From Nemertoderma westbladi (lineage: Eukaryota; Animalia; Xenacoelomorpha), in NCBI GenBank assembly GCA_032718475.1, contig JAUCBJ010001904.1, positions 1-36,088 on the forward strand: a stretch of 36,088 bases of DNA, read 5' to 3'. Shown piece after piece: positions 12,101 to 20,420 of the stretch; position 1 is the stretch's first letter; each line of letters begins with the position of its first letter. The notes under the pieces were generated by a model. It did no database searches, was not told the origin of the DNA, and worked only from the letters and a program-made list of their open reading frames with translations. The translations under genes and the position numbers were made by a program.

Positions 12101-15100
12101 TAGGACCGTAGCTCCAGCATCACGAGGATTCGCTGCATCAGGAACTGGTAGGACCGTGGCTCCAGCATCACGAGGATTCGCTGCATCAGGAACTGGTAGG
12201 ACCGTGGCTCCAGCATCACGAGGATTCGCTGCATCAGGAACTGGTAGGACCGTGGCTCCAGCGTCACGAGGATTCGCTGCATCAGGACCTGGTAGGACCG
12301 TGGCTCCAGCGTCACGAGGATTCGCTGCAGGAACTGGTAGGACCGTGGCTCCAGCGTCACGAGGATTCGCTGCATCAGGAACTGGTAGAACCGTGGCTCC
12401 AGCGTCACGAGGATTCGCTGCATCAGGAACTGGTAGGACCGTGGCTCCAGCGTCACGAGGATTCGCTGCATCAGGAACTGGTAGGACCGTGGCTCCAGCA
12501 TCACGAGGATTCGCTGCATCAGGAACTGGTAGGACCGTGGCTCCAGCGTCACGAGGATTCGCTGCAGGAACTGGTAGGACCGTGGCTCCAGCGTCACGAG
12601 GATTCGCTGCATCAGGAACTGGTAGGACCGTGGCTCCAGCATCACGAGGATTCGCTGCATCAGGAACTGGTAGGACGTGGCTCCAGCGTCACGAGGATTC
12701 GCTGCATCAGGAACTGGTAGGACCGTGGCTCCAGCGTCACGAGGATTCGCTGCATCAGGAACTGGTAGGACCGTGGCTCCAGCGTCACGAGGATTCGCTG
12801 CATCAGGAACTGGTAGGACCGTGGCTCCAGCATCACGAGGATACGCTGCATCAGGAACTGGTAGGACCGTGGCTCCAGCGTCACGATGATTCGCTGCATC
12901 AGGAACTGGTGGAACCGTGGCTCCAGCGTCACGAGGATTCGCTGCATCAGGAACTGGTGGGACCGTGGCTCCAGCGTCACGAGGATTCACTGCATCAGGA
13001 ACTGGTAGGACCGTGGCTCCAGCGTCACGAGGATTCGCTGCATCAGGAACTGGTAGGACCGTGGCTCCAGCGTCACGAGGATTCGCTGCATCAGGAACTG
13101 GTAGGACCGTGGCTCCAGCGTCACGAGGATTCGCTGCATCGGGAACTGGTATGACCGTGGCTCCAGCATCACGAGGATTCGCTGCATCAGGAACTGGTAG
13201 GACCGTGGCTCCAGCGTCACGAGGATTCGCTGCATCAGGAACTGGTAGGACCGTGGCTCCAGCGTCACGAGGATTCGCTGCATCAGGAACTGGTAGGACC
13301 GTGGCTCCAGCGTCACGAGGATTCGCTGCATCAGGAACTGGTAGGACCGTGGCTCCAGCGTCACGAGGATTCGCTGCATCAGGAACTTGTAGGACCGTGG
13401 CTCCAGCGTCACTTCCCGGATACTTTTCCCGATTTCATTGAGGAACTGAACTGGCTTGTTGCTGACCCCGGTCTACCCAAAGTCTCAAATAGCCGCGGTT
13501 GCCAAGCTCCTCAAACTTTCGGAATTTCCGGTTCTCTGCCTCCCCAGCTGCGCTATGGGAGCCGGATAATGTGTGCCTGATTTTGCTGGCAGCAAGTGGT
13601 TTACTATACTGTTGCGTATTGTTAATGTACGGCCCTGGGCCCATGGGACTATAGGGTCACCCCATCCAGCCTCTCTCCATCCCCTCTACAGAGGCCAGGT
13701 GGCTCCTTGGTGTTGGCCAACGCACCTTCTGCGTGAGCGTTGGAGCGTTATAATATTTTTAATAATTTAAAATATTATAATTGTATATTAATAATAATAA
13801 TAATAAATTAATATATAAAATAAAATATATTTATATATTTTACCAGGGTCTCCCTAACTAAGATGACAGACAAGCTGGAATTGTTGGCCGACCGATTGGA
13901 CGGGATTCAGCGCAGTACCGCGTTACTTGGCAACCCATCACTGCCGGTCGTCCAGGAAGCCAGCACGCTCCTAGCGGGAATATCGAGAATTTGTCAGGAG
14001 AATGAGAGAGTGAAGGCGACCCTGGCGGAACGTAACCGAAAGGTTGAAGAGCAGAATGTGAAGATATCCGACTTACTAAACCGAAATCAACAGTAAGTGA
14101 GTTAAATTACGTTACCCGTTGTGTCAAAATGGCACTTTTCGGCGTTTAAGTCCCTTTAATATTTATGTAAACCTCCTTCGCTTCTCTCGTTCGGTACATA
14201 TAAATACAATCGAGTCATAACGCTGAAAAAGTGTTACAAGCAAGCAAACAGTCGGCCGAAGCCGGAGGCAACCCGAAGGCTCCCTTTCGGTAGCCGCTAC
14301 CCGAAGGTAGGGGTGGGCGCTACTCCCATCTGCTACCCGAAGGTAGGGGTGGGCGCTACTCCTATCTGTTACCCGAAGGTAGGGGTGGGCGCTACTCCTA
14401 TCTGCTACCCGAAGGTAGGGGTGGGCGCTACTCCTATCTGCTACCAGAAGGTAGGGGTGGGGGCTACTCCTATCTGCTACCCGAAGGTAGGGGTGGGCGC
14501 TACTCCTATCTGCTACCCGAAGGTAGGGGTGGGCGCTACTCCTATCTGCTACCCGAAGGTAGGGGTGGGCGCTACTCCTATCTGCTACCCGAAGGTAGGG
14601 GTGGGCGCTACTCCTATCTGCTACCCGAAGGTAGGGGTGGGCGCTACTCCTATCTGCTACCCGAAGGTAGGGGTGGGCGCTACTCCTATCTGCTACCCGA
14701 AGGTAGGGGTGGGCGCTACTCCTATCTGCTACCCGAAGGTAGGGGTGGGCGCTACTCCTATCTGCTACCCGAGGGTAGGGGTGGGCGCTACTCCTATCTG
14801 CTACCCGAAGGTAGGGGTGGTCGCTACTCCCTAGTTTTGCTCTCATTAATTCAACTGGTCCTCATATACTTTTACAGAATGATGTAAATAGTTATTTGTT
14901 GAATTAATTTGCCTTATTGTGCAGATTTATCGAGCAAAGTAATGTGTTGTTGGAGCAACGTAATGAAACATTCCACACGACTGCCACTCAAGCCCAATCG
15001 AGGCTCGGCGTACTGGAAGAGGAGAGAGCCAAACAGTCGGTTGAACTGAGTACCGCTCTGGCTAGGGTGTCGACACTAACCCTGGAACTCAATGCGCTAA

Positions 15101-17981
15101 AAGAAGACGAAGTCGATGTGAAGCGGCGTCTAACGGAGACGATGGGAGCCTTACGAGCGACAACGAGTGAACGAGCCAATCTTAAGGGGCAGTTACAGGA
15201 AGCGGAGGGAGTGAGAGAGACACTGCAATCGAGTCTAAAGGAAGATCGGTTGCTAAGGAAACAGTTAGAAACAAAGGTAAAGTAAAGTATAGCCAATTAT
15301 AATTTGTAAATGCCTCTCATAAGTTGCACTATTCAATTAAAATTATTATAATGTGCAATTATATTTTTAATGGAATTATATTTCTTCTATTTTTATTGTC
15401 TCTCTTCTTTGGACGACTAAACCTACTTTTTTTTGCTTAACTATTAACTATTGGCTACTGTTCCACTTTATTCACCGTGATATAAATAGATACATTTATA
15501 GTGTTCGATTCTTTATCATATTATTATCTTTCATTTTATAATTTATTTGATTTTACATTTTAGTTAAACGAAGTTGAGGACGATTTTTCCGAATCCAAAT
15601 CGAAAATAGCTATGCTGGAAAAGTTTTATGCTGAGAAAAAGGAAAAGTCCGTTAAAGATAATAAAATACACGAGGATGAGTTGTTGGAGTTGAGAGAAAG
15701 TCATAAGAGTGAAGTTGAATCTCTTCAGAAGAAGTTGAGAACTTTGCGACTTAGTAAGGATAACGCCGTGTCCGAACAGGTGAGCGAGGTATTCTTTATT
15801 TTGTGTTTTTTTTTTAATTTTATTGTTAAATTACTTGGTTTTAGTTCGATCGTTTGGTTCAATATTCGGTTTTATTTTAACTTCTACCAACTATCTCGTA
15901 TCAACCACTTTAACCACTTTGCGGGTTACCTAGGTTACTAATAATCCAGGTTAAATTGGGATCAGACCAAAGAATTTAAAAAAGTGCAGATAAAGTTTGA
16001 GCTATTTTAGGTCGCCATTGTTGAAATATCTCACTTTACAATTATAACAAAACGAGATGATTTACAGTTTGAAATAAATAAGGCTTTATATTGTTGGTTG
16101 CAGTTGTCTTTGGTGGAAAAGGAACAAGCTGAACATTGGAGTAATAAGTTGGAACAGAATTTGGCGAAGGAACGCAAAAACCACCTAGCCAAGGAATCAG
16201 TTTTGCAAGATGCAAACGATGAACTCGAAGCCAATATGAACTTGTTGCAGCGGAAAACTGACGATCAGAAGACGATAATAAGTGAGAGTAAAGAGAAACT
16301 GAGTGCTTACGAGGAGCAAGTGAGTAATCTTACCGATGAGGTCGGGTCATGGAAACAACGGTACCAGAATCTTATCAAGAATGTCAGGGATATGAAAGGG
16401 CAGTATGAAGAGAAAGTTGGCGAGCTGGAAGCTGAGATAGAACAGCTGGAGTCCCGTGTTGATTCGGGATCTGGTGATGTTATTAATGAAACAAAGAAGG
16501 TTATGAATGGTGTATTCCATTCGCTACGCGCCGAAATTGATGCTAATGATACCTACCGAGGCAGTAAAGTGATATCTATTGTTATGGAAACTATAAAATC
16601 TGTTACTCTGAAAATGACAGCGCCGCCCGCAAGGGACGACTCTGTAGAGCACGAAGAGAGCGGAGATGGTGATTCAGACGTAGATGATGATGATGTTGCT
16701 AATCCTGTCGATGATGTTCGAGAAGAGTTTGCCAATAAAGCGCCTGAGTCGGGGAGTAGGCGGGTCTCCTTCCACAGTGAGGTGTTGGAGTACGGTGACG
16801 ATGCAAATAGCAGTGGCGTGGCGGTTCTCAATGAAGAATACCATTCCTTGGGTCGTTACAAAGATGCACTGGAAGTAGCAGCCCTTTCTGCCAACAAACC
16901 TGGTAATAATGATGATGGAGATGGTGAGGATGAGGATGACGAAAGTCCTAAAGACGACGATGCCGAAGATATAGCTCCTAATGTATTAATTCAGCCGGAT
17001 GTTCTAACGGACAGACCGGAGGCCGAACAGGATGTAGATCTTCCACAACAACTTACCGGAGTTATCGGTGACGCGGTACCGGAAGGGACGTTACCTGGCA
17101 ATGACGTAGATTTTGAACAACCGGAAGTAGTTACAATACATGACTCACAATCGGGTGAATTGCCATTAGCAGTTGTCGATAGTCATCCATCACGAGATGA
17201 AGTCGATGTAATAAGTGATTCCGAGCCGGAAGTAGATACGCAGCATTTAATCCCGGAAGTGGACACGCCGGAAGTGGATAAATTACGTGAAATAGAACAG
17301 GAAGTAGAAATATTACATGAATCTCAACCGGAAGTGGTACATGACTCTCAACCGGAAGTGGTACATGACTCTCAACCGGAAGTGGTACATGACTCTCAAC
17401 CGGAAGTGGTACACGACTCTCAACCGGAAGTGGTACATAAATCTCAACCGGAAGTCGATGCATTTGAAGATAAACTGGAAGTGGATCCATTACGTCACCC
17501 AAGCCCAGTCGAATCTCAACCAAAAGTAAATGATATATTGCGTCAATCCCAACCGGAAGTAGACATATTACATGACTCAAAACCCGAAATAGAGATCGCT
17601 AATAATCCCTTAGCAGTGAGCGATGTGAGTTCTCCTGTGCGAACGGGCGATTCAATGGAAAACCTGTCTGAAACTGAAGATTTAACCAATCAGAGCGTCG
17701 CTATTAAGCCGACCGATAAAGTGGGTAGTTCGTTGGAATCAGATGGAACCGGCGCCGATCGTAGTAATAAATCGAGCGATCCTGTTATTCATAAAAATAG
17801 TAAAAGTAAAGAAATTAAAGGAATATTTGATAATGAGGACAGTGATGATGATGATAACATATTTGCGGAGAAAACCACCACCGTTGTTGCTAAAGCGACG
17901 AAGGTTGAACCACCTCCATCGCCACTCTTCGGGGGCGATTCGGACTCTGATGACGATTTAACTTGGTTGAAATCATCCTAG
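69..17981 (+). CDS. FKBP15: FK506-binding protein 15 orthologue, 5'-partial; join(69..186,7459..7559,7893..8036,8337..8496,8735..8866,9295..9659,10376..10551,13847..14092,14925..15276,15564..15779,16104..17981)
   Basis: All introns are GT-AG and the phases join into one 3888-nt frame. Recognisable FKBP15 blocks: FKBP domain (VELGDSVAVSYTG...KIGRGKVIKGWENGMIGM...LVIPP...NSTLVFDV), KAKLISRMARMGQ, ESRHNQTEIR, QENERVK...KISDLLNRNQQFIEQSN, KKVMNGVFHSLR...METIKSVTL, and C-terminal PLFGGDSDSDDDLTWL. The window starts at a GTGAGT donor, so the N-terminus lies upstream. Confidence 0.93.
308..442. mobile_element. Internally deleted copy of the palindromic MITE-like element
   Basis: ~50-bp inverted arms (aattaataagtaattaaacaggactaaggatgatccaactctatagcaaat and its near-perfect reverse complement) around a ~32-bp spacer that matches part of the core of 458-705. 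Confidence 0.7.
458..705. mobile_element. MITE-like foldback element with ~80-bp TIRs and a tRNA-derived core
   Basis: tatatgtgtttaacatccata...tagcaaatggag (458-542) pairs with ctccatttgctatag...tatggatgttaaacacatata (628-705). Confidence 0.75.
558..629 (-). pseudogene. tRNA-derived (SINE-head-like) pseudo-tRNA
   Basis: Minus strand: TAGTGTAGTGGTTAGCA (A box), CCTGA-ACGTTTA-TCGGG (anticodon arm), GCGGG-TTCGATC-CCCGC (T arm/B box), then TTTTTT. The acceptor stem does not pair and position 33 is not U. Confidence 0.65.
1121..2467. repeat. 67-68 bp minisatellite, ~20 copies
   Basis: Unit ggttataaa(a)gcctacttctataacctgctcctttcccccaattggtaacgacactgtttattgtttt; period 67 measured between 1324 and 1391. 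Confidence 0.95.
2470..7480 (+). repeat. 37-bp satellite, ~135 copies, made of the FKBP15 3' splice site plus exon start
   Basis: Unit cctattttttattag|gttatttggttaccaataagtt; the last unit runs directly into the coding exon at 7459. Confidence 0.97.
7459..7559 (+). CDS. FKBP15: FKBP15 exon (FKBP domain); its first 22 nt are the last satellite unit
   Basis: ttattag|GT TAT TTG GTT ACC AAT AAG TTA CTT...ATA AAG|gtaatt; (G)YLVTNKLLAGEIDSNRDTEKLLTMKIGRGKVIK. Confidence 0.88.
7893..8036 (+). CDS. FKBP15: FKBP15 exon (end of FKBP domain)
   Basis: ccttag|GGA...AAA|gtaagt; GWENGMIGMHRNSRRVLVIPPLEGYGSKAITDRIPANSTLVFDVQIVK. Confidence 0.92.
8337..8496 (+). CDS. FKBP15: FKBP15 exon (Ser/Pro linker)
   Basis: ttttag|ATT...CCG G|gtaagt; open frame IKPSSDISG...KDRTSSLDDQMKLPPSSP. 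Confidence 0.85.
8735..8866 (+). CDS. FKBP15: FKBP15 exon
   Basis: atatag|GT...GAA G|gtaagt; DSTKAKLISRMARMGQATLP; a second in-frame AG lies 6 nt downstream (alternative start 8741). Confidence 0.88.
9295..9659 (+). CDS. FKBP15: FKBP15 exon (Pro/Gln-rich)
   Basis: ctttcag|AA TCC...CAG|gtgagc; same frame as ORF 9345..9743. Confidence 0.85.
9902..10355 (+). mobile_element. Non-autonomous Helentron-associated (DINE-1/HINE-like) element
   Basis: Subterminal inverted repeat actggagctcta (9935-9946) / tagagctccagt (10323-10334), GT-rich microsatellite-like tract near the 5' end, internal ~38-bp direct repeat, and 3' stem-loop cgtgc-tta-gcacg (10339-10351) followed by Ts. Boundaries approximate. 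Confidence 0.6.
10376..10551 (+). CDS. FKBP15: FKBP15 exon
   Basis: ttttcag|CCA...ATA AG|gtcggt; ends ...SEVALSESRHNQTEI(R). Confidence 0.85.
11061..13750 (-). mobile_element. 5'-truncated, frameshifted 3' end of a CRE-like non-LTR retrotransposon (restriction-like endonuclease domain)
   Basis: Minus-strand fragments across frameshifts: KEPPGLCRGDGERLDGVTL / VPWAQGRTL / SAAGEAENRKFRKFEELG / FETLGRPG / FLNEIGKSIREVTLEPRSYKFLMQRI ... AASVMGT. These match the RLE C-terminal pattern RPDG-x-TL-x-PW ... AE-xx-K-xx-KY ... ET-x-G ... EPR-xxx-FL-x-QR ... NAA-x-V-x-GT. Boundaries approximate. Confidence 0.72.
11250..13412. repeat. 45-bp (some 42-bp) GC-rich minisatellite, ~48 copies
   Basis: Unit gtaggaccgtggctccagcgtcacgaggattcgctgca(tca)ggaactg; inside the FKBP15 intron 10552-13846. 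Confidence 0.97.
13847..14092 (+). CDS. FKBP15: FKBP15 exon (coiled coil)
   Basis: taccag|G GTC...CAA CA|gtaagt; VSLTKMTDKL...QENERVK...KISDLLNRNQ. Confidence 0.92.
14296..14832. repeat. 36-bp G-rich minisatellite, ~15 copies
   Basis: Unit gctacccgaaggtaggggtgggcgctactcctatct; intronic. Confidence 0.95.
14925..15276 (+). CDS. FKBP15: FKBP15 exon (coiled coil)
   Basis: gtgcag|A TTT ATC GAG CAA...AAG|gtaaag; FIEQSNVLLEQRN...RKQLETK. Confidence 0.92.
15564..15779 (+). CDS. FKBP15: FKBP15 exon (coiled coil)
   Basis: ttttag|TTA AAC...CAG|gtgagc; LNEVEDDF...LEKFYAEKKEKS...AVSEQ. Confidence 0.9.
16104..17981 (+). CDS. FKBP15: FKBP15 terminal exon (coiled coil, acidic region, LF-acidic C-terminus)
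   Basis: ttgcag|TTG TCT TTG GTG...TAG; KKVMNGVFHSLR, TIKSVTL, PLFGGDSDSDDDLTWL. Confidence 0.92.
   Translation: MSLVEKEQAEHWSNKLEQNLAKERKNHLAKESVLQDANDELEANMNLLQRKTDDQKTIISESKEKLSAYEEQVSNLTDEVGSWKQRYQNLIKNVRDMKGQYEEKVGELEAEIEQLESRVDSGSGDVINETKKVMNGVFHSLRAEIDANDTYRGSKVISIVMETIKSVTLKMTAPPARDDSVEHEESGDGDSDVDDDDVANPVDDVREEFANKAPESGSRRVSFHSEVLEYGDDANSSGVAVLNEEYHSLGRYKDALEVAALSANKPGNNDDGDGEDEDDESPKDDDAEDIAPNVLIQPDVLTDRPEAEQDVDLPQQLTGVIGDAVPEGTLPGNDVDFEQPEVVTIHDSQSGELPLAVVDSHPSRDEVDVISDSEPEVDTQHLIPEVDTPEVDKLREIEQEVEILHESQPEVVHDSQPEVVHDSQPEVVHDSQPEVVHDSQPEVVHKSQPEVDAFEDKLEVDPLRHPSPVESQPKVNDILRQSQPEVDILHDSKPEIEIANNPLAVSDVSSPVRTGDSMENLSETEDLTNQSVAIKPTDKVGSSLESDGTGADRSNKSSDPVIHKNSKSKEIKGIFDNEDSDDDDNIFAEKTTTVVAKATKVEPPPSPLFGGDSDSDDDLTWLKSS
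17316..17459 (+). repeat. Coding 24-bp repeat (HDSQPEVV) x6 with degenerate flanking copies
   Basis: catgactctcaaccggaagtggta units, in frame within the FKBP15 last exon. Confidence 0.92.
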
Positions 17982-18522
17982 AGTCTCCATTTAAATGAGC
18001 GAAAGATAAATAATTAATTAACCATATTTTTAAACTTATTATTACTAATTAATTATTGTGCTATTATTATTATTGCAAGCATTAATTAGTGCACTGCAAC
18101 TGAGTGCGTACGTACGTGTGGTATATTTTATTGCAAATTTAATTATTTGTATTGAACAACTTGAGCAGTTAGTTGTATGTGTTGTATTTTTAATGCATCT
18201 TGGAGGTATTAATTTAATTACCGTAAACGTACTGAATGCTGGATGTGCTGCACCCTGCTACATTTACTATTAGTGAGGGGTTTTTTATAGCGCTGCATAA
18301 CACTTGATTTCCATGTGCGAGCCGCGTGCTTGCATACTCTATGCGTGCGTCGTGCATGTATGAATGTCACTGCAATGCATTATCAGCGCTACTGTTATTA
18401 CATCGTCGGTTCGTTAAGCCCAATCGATGACGATTTTATCGGCTCTGTCTGCAGCGGGTTGCCAGTGCTGTATCATTTAGTTAGTATTACTTATAGAATC
18501 ATATAGACGCCATATGTATTTA

Positions 18523-18804
18523 TTATTTTTACCTTTGTCCCCCGCCACCACACCATGGATGGTAACTTATATTTTTACCTTTGTCCCCCGCCACCACACC
18601 ATGGATGGTAACTTATATTTTTACCTTTGTCCCCCGCCACCACACCATGGATGGTAACTTATATTTTTACCTTTGTCCCCCGCCACCACACCATGGATGG
18701 TAACTTATATTTTTACCTTTGTCCCCCGCCACCACACCATGGATGGTAACTTATATTTTTACCTTTGTCCCCCGCCACCACACCATGGATGGTAACTTAT
18801 ATTT
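18523..18804. repeat. 46-bp tandem repeat x6
   Basis: tatttttacctttgtcccccgccaccacaccatggatggtaactta; period 46 (18531, 18577, ... 18761). Confidence 0.95.
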
Positions 18805-20228
18805 CTTCAGAATACATTTTTTTCCGATTATTGTTGCTATTATTTTGTGCTATTGCGATTCCATAATTTTCAACCTATCCCATTTTTTTTGTTTTAATCG
18901 CTAGCTTTTTTTGATAATGTTATTGGTATAAGGTTTAGTCGGAAGTCACTATTTTGTTAAACCTCTTAAACTGACTCGGTCAAAAAAGTACCTTAAACCT
19001 TACTTTACCTTAAAAGTACCTTACTTTGTTACCAAAAATCGAGTCGAATATCTCATGTTGTTCTGGAATGTTAATTATTTATCTTAAATTTAATAATTGT
19101 GATGAAATATCAATAATTATTTAACAGATTTATTAATAAAGAAATAAAGTCATATTATAATATTTATTATTGTTTCATATTATTACATATAAATATAATA
19201 AAGAGTGCCTTAGAAATATATCCTTATTGGCTTCTTGGTAATAAATTTGTTTGACAAAAGATTGGCTTCGAAAACAATTAACATTTCGATTAAACTGATG
19301 ATACAATTTGTATATTTCTTTTGATTTCAATGCGACTCGCTTAGCTCAATAAAAAAGTTGAGCGAAGAGATACTATTATACGGTTCATAAATAGTAAGAA
19401 AAAATAATATGAAGGTTAAAAAATATTGAAATATTTGACTATTCAACTTTCTATATGAAGGACTATATTTACCCTTTCTAATAATACCATTTTGTCTTTA
19501 ATTTTTTTAAATTTTAACATTCACAGCACTTTAAAATTAACAAAGATTAATTGTTGTAAACTATACCAGTACATTATAATTAATACACAGAATATATATA
19601 TAGTATCTTGTATTACGTATTTCATGATATGGATTATAATTTTGTCTGCGACTTTATCGTTTATCATTTTGATGGGTAATTTATTAGCAGAATTAATTTT
19701 CATATTCTTATTAAATATATTATTTATTAAAATCAATACTAATTGTTTATAATTGATATTGTTTTCTTTCCCGGATAATTCCACCCACAAGAGTGTTTTA
19801 AGTTCCGGACAATTAATTTACGGACTGTGAATTCATGGGCCCTTTCTTTAATAGTATAAACAATAACTATATAGACAGACTCAATTACATTACCGGAAAG
19901 AATTATTATTACTACTAATACAAGTGATTATCATACAACATTTATATGGAATGAGGAGACATAAATCAGACTTTAGTGCATAACAAATAACATTGGAAGG
20001 TGCGCAATCTGGCCCTAATATTATGTTCCAAAACGTAACAATATTTAAACCGGGGGTTGATGATAGGGTTTAATTGCGCACCAACGCAACCTGGGGAAAC
20101 GACGATGTATGGAGACGGTAATAGTGGGAGAAATTATTAGGCGGGTTAATTATTTTTGTTGATTACTGAAAATCGAACTCTAAAATTAATAACCACAATC
20201 TTCGAATGATATTCACAATCTACCCGTT

Positions 20229-20301
20229 CATAATCCCAACGAGGCATACATAAATCCCAACGAGGCATACATAAATCCCAACGAGGCATACATAAATCCC
20301 A
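20229..20301. repeat. 21-bp tandem repeat x~3.5, just 3' of the myosin stop
   Basis: ataaatcccaacgaggcatac units. Confidence 0.85.
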
Positions 20302-20420
20302 ATCCAATTCATTTTTATTAACCTTGCCATCTATATTATTTTTCTTATATTTCAAACACATTCCCCATCCCCCAACGAATCTGGGGAAGATGGTAAAGAA
20401 CAAACAGCCTTCATTCTATT

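Noticed and set aside
11029-13441. Long repetitive ORFs (653, 637, 319 aa and others) as real repeat proteins
   Set aside because: They are by-products of a stop-poor 45/42-bp unit that is open in several frames on both strands. The array lies inside an FKBP15 intron and derives from a broken retroelement.
14163-14846. 227-aa and 173-aa repeat ORFs
   Set aside because: Translations of the 36-bp intronic minisatellite; the flanking FKBP15 exons join in frame without them.
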